NCBI GenBank assembly: GCA_964016885.1
Contig: CAXHJY010001528.1
Span: forward strand, 72,791 to 136,790
Direction: 5' to 3'
DNA: 64,000 nucleotides
DNA from: Eledone cirrhosa
Taxonomy: Eukaryota
In this document: positions 41,530-62,938 of the stretch, piece by piece
Layout: every line of letters starts with the position of its first letter
Numbering within the stretch: position 1 is the stretch's first letter
Notes under the pieces: model-generated
The model's database searches: none
What the model was told of the DNA's origin: nothing
What the model saw: only the letters and a program-made list of their open reading frames with translations
Position numbers and translations under genes: made by a program

Positions 41530-42114
41530 AAGTTAAACGTTGTTAAATATGGCGGTACTAAAGTTGTGTATGACGTCCTGTCAAATAACTTCCGGTTGTC
41601 CAAATACTTTAAAGTTTCTTTCTCTCAGTTACGAATAAAACTCATTTCCTTACATTAACATTGTTTCTGTTAACTCCCTCCCAATACCTCCACCACCTCC
41701 ACCACCATTACCACTGCTACCACCATCACCACCATATATATATATATATTCCATTCTTTTTGACGTTAAGAGTTTTCATTCATTTTAACTATACTGTGAC
41801 ATATTACACACACTTATCCCCCCCCTCTCTCTTTCTCTCTCTTTCAGTCTCTCTACGGAGGCTACAAAGAGAGCCTTTTCCTCCAAACCAAACCACAAAT
41901 AAAAAAAAGAAAAGAAAGAAACCCTACGTTGGCAACTCGAGGCGTAACTGGAGAAAATAATACTTATGGCAAGCAGTGAAATTACTCTCCTTGGTCAAAC
42001 ATCTGTCACCCATCTTTCAAATAACCATAAAATCAGCTCAAAAATACCAGTCACGTATGGGCTTAATAATTCATATAAATGGTTTACTGATCCAGCCGCA
42101 ATAGTGCTTCTCAC

Positions 42115-42426
42115 CAAGGACCTTGTTTCAAGGGGGGTACTAGGTGGACAAGCCCCCCCCCCCCCCCCCCACACACACTTTTTCAGGAACGGGGACAAAC
42201 CATCTTTTGTTTTTTTGCTATATTTGATATAATAAATTCTATTTAAACTTATTTTGTTATATCTTATTTTGTTATATTTGAATATATAAAATTTAATTAG
42301 CATAAAATGTTACTCATGTGATAGGGTCCGGGAAAGGCACCATAAGCAATACTAACATGCTCCTTTAAGAATCAACAAATGTTGGTTTGTCCCCCCCTCA
42401 CATTTTTAAGGCAAACGAGGCCCCTG
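42115..42426. mobile_element. Non-autonomous hAT element with perfect 8-bp TSD
   Basis: CTTCTCAC at 42107-42114 and 42427-42434; TIR CAAGGACCTTGTTT / AAACGAGGCCCCTG (11/14). Confidence 0.8.
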
Positions 42427-42564
42427 CTTCTCACCCATGATAGCTTATCTGACTTCAATAGAAAATGCTCCTAGTCCATGCTTGCCATGCCTTAGTTACA
42501 CCTATGTTAACAACAGCTAGTTCATATAAGATATCATAGAAGTATTTTTAATAAGTTCCATTAC

Positions 42565-42760
42565 CAGCCCTGCCAACCTCTAAAAACCCAAAACGGTGAG
42601 TATCATGAAAAAAGTGCCCCAAAATGGGGAGAAATGAGGCAAAATGGGGAGATTTTTACATAAAGAAAGCTAAACCCATTTTCACAAGAGAAGACATCTC
42701 CCACCCACTCCAAAGTGGGTGGAAGATCTCCCCGTCGGACGAGGAGAGTTGACAGGTCTG
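42565..42760. mobile_element. MITE with 5-bp TSD (hAT5-like)
   Basis: TIR CAGCCCTGCCAAC / GTTGACAGGTCTG; ATTAC immediately on both sides. Confidence 0.7.
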
Positions 42761-43182
42761 ATTACTGTGAGGAATAGTAAATCTAGCATTACGACCTCTT
42801 TCTCTCCTTTAATGAATGAGATTCCCTCCAGACGGTGCTCCAACATGGCCGCAGTCTAATGACTGAAACCAATAAAGGAATAAAAGATTGGGTTATTAGA
42901 ATATGTCAACACAGTTAAATTATATGGGATATTATAATGGAGGTAAGATTTGAACTAACAAAACAGTCATGAATTTATAGTATTCCTCCTCACGGTCCTG
43001 TTATTGTTGCTTTTGTTGTTATATATAAGACCACCTTACAAATGAGAGCTGACACACATATGTGTATATATATATATACATTATATATTATATATATGTA
43101 TATTATTTTATATATGTATATTATATACATATATATATATGTGTGTTATTATATATATATACGTACATATATATATATATAT

Positions 43183-43412
43183 TTCGTTTCTGAATTTGTT
43201 TAGCAAGATTCTTTATCTGAAATCGTGTGTTGAAACCGATATTGTTATACTTTGGGAGGGTCATGTTGCCAATAAGAAACACACGCACCAGTTGCTTTCA
43301 CTTCAATTTATTATAATAAATTTATAAATTTATTATAAATTTATTATAATATATTGAAGTGAAACAACTGGTGCGTGTGTTTCTTATTGGCAACATGACC
43401 CTCCCAAAGTAT

Positions 43413-43420
<8 letters not shown>
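43183..43420. mobile_element. Tailed palindrome, family E
   Basis: ~68-bp arms 43239-43307/43353-43420, AT-only spacer, ~56-nt left tail, (TA)n flanks; partial relative at ~9800-9872. Confidence 0.75.
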
Positions 43421-43465
<45 letters not shown>

Positions 43466-43468
<3 letters not shown>

Positions 43469-43643
43469 CAAAGGAATTGTGGTAAGGAACCGGATGGACC
43501 ATAACGCACCAGAGTACTCAATACTTAGGGTAGTAGAGTGGGAAATAGGAAAAAGAATGACCCCGACGACAGAGCTCAAGCCGTTTCGACGGAATAGCCG
43601 TCGAAACGGCTTGAGCTCTGCCGTCGGGGTCATACTTTTTCCT

Positions 43644-43644
<1 letters not shown>
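43466..43644 (-). mobile_element. Tailed palindrome, family A, copy 4
   Basis: 80-nt tail 43466-43545; hairpin 43546-43644 with AATAG loop. Confidence 0.9.
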
Positions 43645-43686
<42 letters not shown>

Positions 43687-44676
43687 TACACTCTGAGGGG
43701 TGTATTTCATACATACACGCACACGCATACACGTAATACACACGCACACACTTAAGCTTTGAGCCCCCTTTCTAGTATTTCCGGTAACAGTCGATGGCAC
43801 GTGAGGGCGGAACCATCTTACAAACGAGAGCTGACACGCCATGTGATGCTAGATGTTGTTGTTTAGCCCCAGGGCAGACTTAATCAAGTACTTTGATCAA
43901 AGATATCCATGACAACACTGATTTTTAAAAAGTGTTTATCTAGGACTACATTCCTTTTTTCTTTATTTGATAGTATGGTTTGATTTGAGAGAAATCTGGT
44001 TCCTATTTCTAGCTGGTTGGGTGACCATGTAGAGGCCCCAGCCTCTTTACTGTTAAGGTGCAACTAGTTCATTGAATTGCAGACGAAGAACACTGCGGAA
44101 TAAAAGGGATTAAAAGATACACACATTTCAATTTTGTAAAATATCAAATTTCTCTAAATTATCTCCCTTATATACTCAATATTTTTTGTTTGTTTACTTT
44201 TTGTTTCCCGTCCGAGTTATGTCCCTTTTAGAATGAATGATAGTCATATGGTCAGTTGTTTAACGAGTGTGTGTCCGTGAAACATGTACGGATACACCAT
44301 ATCCGAACACAAAAGAACCAAACTCACGCTCTACCCATCTCTCACTATTATGTTTATTTTATTATATTTTGTTTTTCCTTCCTCAGAAAATATACCGCAT
44401 TATATATATATATATTTCCTTGGAGTCATTAATAAATAAATGAATTTTTAAAAAAATACTGACTCTAGCTTTTCGAAAAAGTACATAAGGCATTAAAAAG
44501 TAAATGCTAAATTAAACCGCATTCTAATTCAAATTCTAATAAGAAAATTATTAAAATCGTAAAAAACTCCTACATTTTTTTTTATTAGTTTGTTATGACT
44601 GAAAGTTAAAGAAAACATCTTACTGAAGACAATATAATGTTGTGAAATATTCATAAATACATAAGGTTTTATGATT

Positions 44677-44774
<98 letters not shown>

Positions 44775-46304
44775 CTCTATATGCTTGTGTGTGTGTGTGT
44801 GTAGATATATATATAAATATATATATACACATTTGGTATGAGAATGGGAGGTTAAAGATGTAGAGAAATTTTTGATTAATCTAACGAAAGGCTGTAGCAG
44901 AATAACAGGAAGTTGTAGAAAGAAGAGAAGTACTTTTCAACAGGCGTTTTTATTCGACGGCTCCCGAGTGCAACTAGAAATGAAATGTGCTTACACAGCA
45001 CTACGAAATATAAAGAAAACAGTAAGAAAATTAAGGCACCTATTAATTCATATAAAATCAACCCAAATAATGTGTTTGGATATATTTATTTTTATATATA
45101 CACAGAGCTGTTAGATAATTGGATTCGCAATCGTGAGGTCGTGATTTCGATTCCCGGACCGGGCGATGCGTTATGTCCTTGAGCAAGACACTTTATTTCA
45201 CGTTGCTCCTTCTGCCTGGATTTGCAACCGACAGATAGTATTAGCAATTAGAAAGACCAATGGAAACATTGTTTCCTCGGTCCGGTTTGACGACCTCCAC
45301 CCAGCTCGTTGAGCGAATGAGGTCTGGGATCTTGTCGATCGACTGTCAATATATATGTCTGTAACATATACGCACAATGCATTTCCTATGTCAGTCATTT
45401 TCTCGGAAGTTCGCCGGTTTCCAATCATAAGGTTCTGGGTTCTCACCCTACATTTCTCCCTGTAAATAGTTATTTCTCCAAAGTCACTGATACATGGACC
45501 ATTTAACGTAATTTTCGGGAAGATTCAGCATGATACAGTATGTGACAGGGATGTCCATTTGACGGGCTTCCATAAAATTTCCGTCAACCTAATTTCACAC
45601 ACAAGGCATGGGTTGAACCGATGCTATTTTAAGTACTACTTACCCAAGATGCTACACAGAGAGTACGAACTTAGGACCTAATGAATACGAAGTGAGCCTC
45701 TTAACCATTCGGTCATGTTGTGTCCTCAGCAATAGAGTTTACTCTGCTAAAGACACCAAAGTACCGGGTTGTGGTGTTTAACCGTGCAACGAATTAAGTT
45801 TAATATTCAAGAAACCGGTCGACGGATTAAGTCCACCAGCTACTTTTGCATACCAGTGACTACATTGTCCAATGTGTGTGTGTTCATGATGTAAAAGGGA
45901 TTTCATGATGTAAAAGGGATTTACTGCTATTTCTAGCAGGCCAAGCAACCACTTTTAAAAAAAAAAACAGTTGAAATCACGCCCCCTCATCTCACTTTTA
46001 ACCCGTTATGCCTTCCCTTCCTCAGGACGTGGTGGCAGTTTTTAGTCTTTGAGTTTGCGAACCCGTGGTCTTTATCATCCAGCAAGTTTTATTCTACTGT
46101 TATAAAAAGTCTGTACCAAGCCGGTAGACTCACCAGGCGGCTGTAGTTTATTCAGATTTTACATGCCTTAAGCGACAAAGTGAAAAAATCTCTTTCCCAC
46201 CTCCGTCCTGGACAGGTCGCCAGTCCATTGCAGGATTAACTCCCCAGTTACTGCTGGTACTCATCTTTTGCAGATTTGACAGGAGCAACAGCGTTGCCCA
46301 GTCG

Positions 46305-46565
46305 AAAGCCTAAGCTTGTATTTTCTCCCTATATGTCTATTTAGACCACTCTATGAAACCCTGATCAACAGCCAGGATTTGCCTAGTCGGGGGCCTTTTG
46401 TGGGCCTCTAAGCTTGTACATTCTCCCTCGAGATCTACTTTGACCACTGAGCGAAGCCCTGGTCTATAACCAGGACCTGCCCAGTTGAGGGCCTCTTGTA
46501 GACCTCGAAGCTTGTACATACTCTCTAGAGGTTTATTTAGACATCTTAGCGAAGCCCTGGTCTAT
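46305..46565. repeat. ~98-bp minisatellite, ~3 diverged copies
   Basis: aagcttgta at ~46312, 46410, 46508. Confidence 0.7.
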
Positions 46566-47289
46566 TAAACCACGATCGAAATGTCAGATCTCGCAGATTC
46601 ATATTGTCAGGTGATGACCTTGCGATGCTTGTCATTCAGTGGTTGTAATAGCTAACCTGTTTCTCCACTCCACACTCCTGAAATAACGTTTAAAATTACA
46701 CACACACGTTCACATAGTTTCACACTCACATAAATACGTATACGCAAACACACTCACATAAAGATACACATACACGTAGACATGTAATATATACACACAC
46801 GCACGCACGAACATAGATGTACACAGGCACACAAACATACACATTCACACAAAAGTTACACATCACATCACCTCTCTCTCTCATACACATTCACACACAC
46901 ATACATATATATATAAACACACACTAAACATCCATGTATTAATGTATTGTAGACATAGGTATGAGAAAATACAGGTCATTACGTATACCGTGTGGTTAAA
47001 TGCACTCAATGACTTTTTTGTTTGCGAAAAGGCAGCAATTATAATTTGTATATTTATATTAATGAATTAATGATCAGAGGTGTTGGAAAGAAGAGAGATA
47101 TGTGAGAGAGTAGGGAGAAGTGGTGGACTTTTTTTTATGAATGTCGTGTCGTTGACGTGTTTACGCAAATTTACCAAGTGACAGTGTTTTGTTTTGTTAT
47201 TGTTTTTTTTTTAGACAAAAAATTGTTTTCAACTAATAATGTCAGCATTGTTTGTGATGTAAGGCCTCAAAGCGTCTGATATTCTAAAA

Positions 47290-47795
47290 CTCTAAAGTCT
47301 ATTTCGAGCACGGAGATTCATCAGACAGGTGCTGGCGTGAAGCGACTGAGAGTACAAGACTTTCCCACGGACAGGACGCCAATCATTCTCAGAGTTAAGG
47401 TCTGTCTCGAGCCCGGATATTTATCAGGCCGGTACTTATTCCCAGTTTCCATGGCGTGAAGCGATTGAGAGTACAAAACTTTCCTCTGGACAGGACACCT
47501 GTCCATTTCAGGTTAAAGTCTGTCTCGAGCACGAAGGCTTATCAAGCTGGTGCTTATCCCGGTTTCCGTGGCGCGAAGCGACTGGGAGTACAAGACTCCC
47601 CGCTGGATATGACGCCTGTCCATTGCAGGGTTAACTCCCCCACCCACCCCACCAACTATTGCTGGTAGATATTTTCAGCTGAGTATACTGGAACAACGTG
47701 AAAGGAAGTGTTTTTCTTAAGAACACAACACAGAACCCAGTCCATCAATCGAACTCATGACATGCTCGTAAGTCCAACGCCTTACCACTAAGCAT
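47290..47795 (-). mobile_element. SINE with three tandem ~100-120-bp internal units
   Basis: gtct(g/a)t(c/t)tcgagc...gcgtgaagcgactgagagtacaa...ggacaggac repeated three times, then tRNA-like head (tcgaactc...accactaagc). Confidence 0.65.
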
Positions 47796-48153
47796 CGCTG
47801 TGATGTCATCGTATTTGGACGCAGCGTGACAGAATGGTTAAGAAAGTTTGCTTCACAATCATAAAGTTCTGAGCATTTTGAACAAGTGTTATTTACTATA
47901 GCCTTCGGGTCAACCCAAGCCTTGTTAATGAAATTGGGTAGACGGAAGCTGTTTGGAAGCCCGTCAGATGAACTGTACAGTAGGTGTAAGTAAAAAGACT
48001 AGCCTTGTCACATGCAGTGCTATGCCGAATCTCCCTGATAATTACGTTATAGTACACGTGTCTTCGGAATGCTCGAATGGTCGATGAACTAGATAGAACA
48101 TTCATTGTTGTAATCTATGGAGGACGATTCTACAATGTTAAATCGTTTTAGAT

Positions 48154-48430
48154 CAGGCATGGGCAACCATTTTCGAACAGTGGGCCGCATAGGGTATGGC
48201 TAATAATATGACGGGCCGTACTACTAAAATATTCGAACCAATTTTTATATTAGGCGTGCTAATGATTGATTTAGACCAGTCATGGACAAACTGCGACTCG
48301 TTTGGCTTTCTGAAAGACACGCCTAATTTCAAAATTGCTTTGAATGATGAGCCATGGTTTATGTGGTCCGCCTTATGATGAGCCACATCCTATGCGGCCC
48401 CATTGCTCGAAAATTGTTTCCCCTTGTCTG
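48154..48430. mobile_element. hAT (Charlie-like) MITE
   Basis: ~40-bp imperfect TIRs CAGGCATGGGCAACC...GCCGCATAGG; flanks ttTTAGAt / gaTTAGAc. Confidence 0.75.
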
Positions 48431-48784
48431 GATTAGACCGATAGGCTTTACTTTGGATTATCTAAAATAATGTAAGAGGTCATGAAAAAAGAAGTTTCCT
48501 ATGGGATTTTCAAGTAAAGTAAAACATTTCCTCATCATATTCTAAAGCTTCTATTTTAATATCTTATCATTTTATGAAACTATGATTATTTACTTTTCAT
48601 AATGTAATTTTTTATATGTGGAGAAATATATTCTTTTATCATGTTTAAAGGTTCTTTATACGTATTTCAGCAATATTTGAAGATTGTATCGTAAACAAAG
48701 GGTGGTTGGAACCTACTGGTTTAGCCCTCCAGTTCTACTCTGATTGCGTATGCGTATAACCAAAGGCGTTTTCATATATCAGGG

Positions 48785-48985
48785 TCTACATTGTCCAATG
48801 TGTGTCTTTAGAGTGTAATTAAAGGGATTTTACTGCTATTTCAAGCAGGCCAAGCGACCGTGTATATTATGGACTACATTTTCCAATGTGCATTTTTAGA
48901 GTGTATTTTGAAAGGATTTTACTGTTATTTTTAGCAGACTGAGCGACCGAGTATATTAGAGACTACATTGTCCAATGTATGTATT
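48785..48985. repeat. ~88-bp tandem triplication
   Basis: ctacatt(g/t)tccaatgt at ~48787, 48875, 48963. Confidence 0.7.
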
Positions 48986-49274
48986 TAAACCAACCGTATC
49001 CAGCCAGAATTCTCTCATCTCTTTCTATTCAAACCGGCTGTAACCGGCCGCTCATATTAACATTAAGGTATTGTTCTCAAAATAAATAACATCAAAGGTA
49101 AAGCCTTTACTACGAAAATACAATAGTAAATATAGGAGTAATGTAAATGCTAAAGGGTTTAAGACATTTTACTGCCATAGTTGAAAAACTGGCAGTTTCA
49201 TTGATCGTTGTTAGCTTTATTTTTTTTATGTCGACTTTTCGTCGTTCGAACCACCTGTCGTGTCCATATTAGCC

Positions 49275-49469
49275 CAGCATTTCTCAACCGGTGTTCTCCG
49301 GAACCTTAGGATTCAGCAAGAGGTTGCTAGGGGTTCCATGAGAAACCGATAAATAAGCTAAAAGAGATAGATATTAGTAATGATATATAATAATATTTAT
49401 GAAGGGGTTCCCTGAGGCATGAAAACTATTTCAAAGGTTCTACAAGGGTAAAAATGTTGAGAAACGCTG
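49275..49469. mobile_element. hAT (Charlie-like) MITE
   Basis: TIR CAGCATTTCTCAAC / GTTGAGAAACGCTG; degenerate TAG-centred flanks. Confidence 0.75.
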
Positions 49470-49605
49470 ATCTAGTCTATTCTGTTTTCAATAGAAATAT
49501 TGCTGGATTAAATTATCTGTGTCCTTGATTTTTAAAGACGTTGACCCAGACTTTGTCCAGCTTCCGTCCTTGTTTTCTTCCTGAATCCAGTTCCATGGCA
49601 ATTAT

Positions 49606-49806
49606 TGAATTGGCAATATCGGTAGATCGTCGGACATATAGTTACGGCTCTTTACGTTCTGAGTTCAAATCGCGATGAAGTTAGTTTTGCCTTTCATCCG
49701 TACGGGATCGATAAAATAAAGCACCAATAATGCGTTGGAGTCGATTTAATCGAATTTTCTCCTCCTCGTAAAATTGCCGGCCTTATGTCAAAAGTAGAAA
49801 CAATGA
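49606..49806 (+). mobile_element. SINE family 1
   Basis: Head plus core. Confidence 0.7.
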
Positions 49807-50091
49807 TTTTTCTTTATCGTTCCCGGTGCTGACAAAAGTTTGAGGAATATTTGACTGCTGTTTCTAGTTAGTTTAGTGACTGTGAAGAGGTTCCCTCGTT
49901 GGTACAATTGAAGAACATAGCCGTCTACTTAAATGACTGTATAAATGTATAAATGCATGTATATGTGTATCAACATTAGTACGCATTTCAATATGTATGT
50001 ATGCATATATATATATATATATATATATAATGTGTTTGTATGTATGTATATATATGTGTGAACGTATATATTATATTCATGTATATATATA

Positions 50092-50249
50092 AAGGTAAAA
50101 TTCCGTTATAACGAATTTTTCAGTATAACGAAATTTGTTCAATTCCCTGCCACACACTTGATGTGTTAGGTCGATCTCGTTATAAAGAATTTTTCGTTAC
50201 AACGAATTTTTTTATACCCCGTGAATTTCGTTATAAAGGAATTTCACTG
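50092..50249. mobile_element. Tigger/pogo-like MITE
   Basis: aggtaaaattccgttataacgaa / ttcgttataaaggaatttcactg-TA; internal ttataacgaa repeats. Confidence 0.7.
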
Positions 50250-50493
50250 TATATATATATATATATGTGTGTGTGTTTGTGTAAGTCTTCTTGGTTGTCC
50301 ATCGTAAACGATGTAAGTAATGCATGCTTGTATATATATATATATATACATGTGTGCATATACGGAAGTATTATATGCAAGCATGCATATATTTATGATT
50401 GTGTATATATATATATGTATATATATATATATAATTCAGAATATCCCGTTAAGGGTGAAAGCAGCGATTCTTTGCTTAAATTTTAATCTGTTA

Positions 50494-50531
<38 letters not shown>

Positions 50532-52234
50532 ACCACGTATGAATCATTGTAGCTGTATAGGTGTATACTGTATGCTTATATCAGTAGACTGGGGGGGATT
50601 TAGTAAACCACATACATCCCAGGCTTTCTTTCTCTCTCTCTCCTTATATCTTTATATGGCTTCAGAATTCCTATAGTTCCTATAACTGAGTAAAGAGCCT
50701 CATCTCGCCCCCACCTCCTCTTCTCCATCCTCTTCCTCTTCTTCCAACCTATATCCTCTATCATAAATCTAGCCAAGGATGAAGTAAGCTATAAGGAAAT
50801 GAACTGAAAGGGAAATAAATTTCCTCCAAACGCCCACTCTTCCTCTTTACATACACACACATGTGTGTATATATATATATATATAAATATGCGTGCATGC
50901 ATATATATATATGTACACATATATACGTATATGTGTGTGCAGGGGAAAGCGGACGTAAAATGATGATGATATATATATATATAGAGAGAGAGAGATAGAT
51001 AGATATACAGACTTTTATAAACTCACACCCAAAGGCAGTGAATTGCTAGAATCGTTAGAGCATCGAAAAAAAAAATGCTTTTCGGTATTTATTCCAGCTC
51101 TTAACGATCTTAGTTCAAATCAAGTCGAAGTCATCTTTACCTTGGGCAAGTTTCTTTACCATATTCTCAGGTTGTGCCAATCCCTCTTTGTAAAACTTTG
51201 TGGAAGTCACTCGGATCGATTGTACCTGTAATTCAAAGGTTCAGCTTTTATCAAGCCTTCTGACACTAAGGGTCTTTGGAGGCTTAACCTCCTCCAATAA
51301 TGTGTTGGTTAAAAAATTATGTATTACTATTCAAATATGTAATGATCATGTTTTTAATTTCTTTCTTAGTCTTAGATTGGTGATAAAAAAGCGTGAGCTA
51401 ATAATAATACACATGTTCAGAATCATCATCATCACCGTTTTATGTCAAATTTTTCCACGCTAGAATGGGTTAGACGGATTGTCCTGTTGTGGGCAATGCT
51501 AGGTCAGGTGACCATATCTTGCACATACAGAACTGATTTTGGCTTAGTTTCTACAGCTGGATGCCCTTCCTAACACCAACCTCATTTACAGTGCGTACGG
51601 GGTGCTTTTTTGTTGTGTCACCAGCATGACCACTTTACAGTGTGGACTGCGTGCTTTCTGTCAGGACACCTACACGACCACTTTACAGTGTGGACTGGGT
51701 GCTTTCTGTCATGACACCTACACGACCACTTTACTGTGTGGGTTAAGCGTTTTTTGCCATATATATACTTAAGCCCCTCCAATCCCAAAACTGTAACAGA
51801 AGCTCTGTTTATTATATATTGGGTTATGCTGATTCTGTCTGACACCTTTATGTTAAGGGTACACATGTGGAATACTTAACCACATTAATTCATGAGTCAG
51901 ACATTCAGTTTGATCAAAAGACTGAATATTCATTCTCCATCGAAACCCACAGATGTTCCATCAAGTAAAGTCCATCAGACAGAAGGGACACCCCAAACAG
52001 TTTCCATGTAGAAGATTCCGAGATTGCTGCTGCTGTTTTTGATGATGTTTAACCCTAAGACAACCTATGATCAATAGCTTTCCAACCATTTCATTAAAAT
52101 ACCTCTTTGATTCCATCAGGAGTGAAGGGTCTCTCATCATCATCAGTCGCTTGACTTCTGTAGTCATCGGAGATGGGGGAGGGGATCCTACTGCAGAAGC
52201 AGCACACAATCAAAATAGTCTATCAATAGCAACC

Positions 52235-52550
52235 GTCAACAAATCTGGTGTCATCAGTTGTGTCCATTCTTTGACAGCAGTTTTTGCATTGGCATCCCCA
52301 TCCTGCGTCCACCTTCAATGGTGCCTTGCATGATGATCTTGCACCAGCTTTCATGTCGTGTGACATGGCCAAACCACGTCAGTTTCCTCTTCTTGACAGT
52401 GGCAAGGAGAGGTTCCTAGTGACCCACAAAACCTTTAACCTTACTCCGCCTGTATCCATAAGTTTTAAATTCCCAATAGGAAAAACGAAGGAGTTTTCTC
52501 ATGCATCTGTCCTCAAACGCCTGGATTCTTCTCTCTGTTTCTGCCAAAAG
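52235..52550 (-). mobile_element. RTE (BovB-like) LINE fragment
   Basis: Minus strand LATVKRRKLTWFGHVTRHESWCKIIMQGTIEGGRR. Confidence 0.75.
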
Positions 52551-52964
52551 TTTCCATACATACATGTATACAATCTAACACTAGACATGTCTTTATATTA
52601 AAGGTGAAGGGAGGATTTTGCAGAGGTATTGTGGCAGTGATAGAGTAAAAATAGTTAAGATCTGGTGATCTTTTTTTTTCCAGTTGTTGTAGCAGTGTAT
52701 AGAGAAGAAATAGTTAAGAATTACTGAACTAATATATACTTCAGGGTTTTTTCTTCTCCTCACACAATGGCAGGTGTAATGTAAAAGTGAATTAGTTACT
52801 ATTTTAAGCTAGGAGAGCAACCATGTGGGTGTTTGCTGTTTGGTCCCTTGCATTGGTAGAGATGAATATGAAAAGCATTCTTTCATTTTAAGTCTCTTTT
52901 TAAGTACCACAGAAATTCAGCAATCTCTGGGAATCACTGTACATTATGAAATACATTAAACATT

Positions 52965-53592
52965 AGAATTGGTAGAGTGTTAGACAACATGCTTTGTGGC
53001 ATATAATTACGAACCTTTACGTTCTGAGTTCAAATCCTGCCGAGGTTAGCTTTGCCTTTCATCTTTACGAGGATGATAAAATAAAGTATCAGTAATGTAC
53101 TGGATCAATTTAATCAACTTTCCCCTTCCCCTTGAAATTGTTGGCCTTGTACCAAAAGTAGACACAATCATTATCCAACTTAATTACATTTGACATTCAT
53201 TTATAAACATTTTCCTTCATAGACATTATTATCAGGCATGCATGCTTGATCCTGTAACTCCTGAGGGAGTCATAGGGGCAGCGTATTGACACACGGCATT
53301 TCTAAGGCATTTTTTAAACCTGACCCATCTCCCCTCCAGGTCTGAATACAGTAGATTACTTCCAAGGAAGGATAGTGTGTGAGAAAAGAAGTGAGAAAGA
53401 GATATAGAAAAAGAAATGACCCCAGTACTTGATTGTTTTCTTTTGTTGTTTTTTTTTGTTTTTTTTATCGGCCTTGAATGGATGAAAGGCAAAGTTGACC
53501 TTGGTGGGACTTGAGCTGAATGAGCAGAGATCCAAAACAAATAGTGCAAGGCATTCTATCCAATGTTCTAATGAATCTGCCAATTCACTGCC
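52965..53592. mobile_element. SINE family 1 copies (52965-53170 plus; 53420-53592 minus)
   Basis: Cores present on opposite strands. Confidence 0.7.
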
Positions 53593-54144
53593 TTTCTCAA
53601 GCATATTTTAAAATTAAACATAATTTAATTTTACACTCTTAATTATCAATTACAATCAATTTCTTTCACTAATAAATCAGTAGAAATTTACATATATCAT
53701 CATTTCATTTTACGTCCGCTTTTTCCCTGCTTGCAAGGGTGGGACGGGAACTGATTTTGGCTTGATTTCTACAGCTGGATGCCCTTCCTAACACCAACCT
53801 CATTTACAGTGAGTGCTGGGTGCTTTTTTGCCGTGGCACCTCCACGACCACTTTGCAGTGGAATGATATGGACCCCAGTCCCTATCATCTCATTTCTACA
53901 GCTGAGTAAACTGGAGCAATGTGAAATAAAGTGTCTTGCTCAAGGAAACAACACATCACCCAGTCTGAGAATTGAACTCACAACCTTTCGATTGCAAGGC
54001 CAATGCTCTAACCACTAAGCCATGTGCCTCCATATATATATACATATATATATAGATCACTCAGATGCCATAAATTTATATATTTCATTGCCTGATTATG
54101 TATGATGATTGAACAGGGGTTTATTGAATATCTGTGAGATTTAA

Positions 54145-54599
54145 CCCTTTAGTTACCAACCTTGTCAAAACCAGGTCTGGTTCCATGAAATAAAATCACC
54201 TATTTTAACGCTTTAGCATTTAAACCAGCCGTATCCAGCCAGAATTCTCTCACATATTTTTGTTCAAACTGTCTAACTTTCTGCTCATACTGACATGGAG
54301 GTATTGTCCTCAAAATAAATAATATCAAAATCTCATAGATTCGATATTATGTGAGATAATTATGTCAGGTAAAGTTTTTGTCATGAAAATACAATAGTAA
54401 ATATAGAGAAATGTAAATACTAAAGGGTTAAAGGTTTCCAGTTTAAATTAAAATCTTCCAACATAATTTCATATCAGAACCTTACATTACGATACTATTT
54501 TAGTAATGAAATAATTAATAATTTTAGTAAATCCCTCAAAATTCTTCATTAATTAATTTAAATAGAGTGTATTTCGTTAGAAATGCAGTTATAAAAGTG
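54145..54599. mobile_element. Nested TTAA-flanked (piggyBac-type) MITEs; inner element 54209-54427
   Basis: Inner TTAA-CGCTTTAGCATTT...AAATACTAAAGGG-TTAA (relative at 48983-49160); outer TTAA-CCCTTTAGTTAC...GTTATAAAAGTG-TTAA. Confidence 0.6.
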
Positions 54600-54885
54600 T
54601 TAACAGAGACTTAAACCAGAATAATGTAAAAGTGCCATGTAAAATATACTGTTATGAAGAGAGGTCAATGTTCTGACCACTCACAATGACTGAAATAAGG
54701 AATAAGAGAGTGCGATGAGAAGAAGTAATTAATTAATTGGAAAAAAAAAAAAGAAAACATGTAAAAATCGAAAAATTAATCAATTAGTTTTAATAGTCAA
54801 CTGATTAATTAACCAAAGTTTACAACTAAGAAGGATGGGCCATTTAGTAGTTCTCTTCCTCCCATAAGTATATATATTTATATGT

Positions 54886-54917
<32 letters not shown>

Positions 54918-55051
54918 GTATACATACATTTATATATATATATATACACACACACACATATATATTTATATATATATATATAGTATACATACATGTATAT
55001 ATATATGTATATATATATATATGTATAGTATACATACATATATATATACAT

Positions 55052-55087
<36 letters not shown>

Positions 55088-55156
55088 TACATATATATAT
55101 AGTATACATATATATATATAGTATACATATATATATAGTATACATATATATATAGT

Positions 55157-55206
<50 letters not shown>

Positions 55207-55409
55207 GAATATATATAAAACCATACATATACACATATCAATATGTATAAACATTCATACACATATATACATATTTATATACATTTATTTTCATATCTAT
55301 GCAAATATACATAGCTATGTCAGTTGACATAAACTCACATGTATACACACACAAATACATGCACACACAACCATTCACATACACATGAAAGTTAAAGCAC
55401 ATTAACTTA

Positions 55410-62938
<7,529 letters not shown>

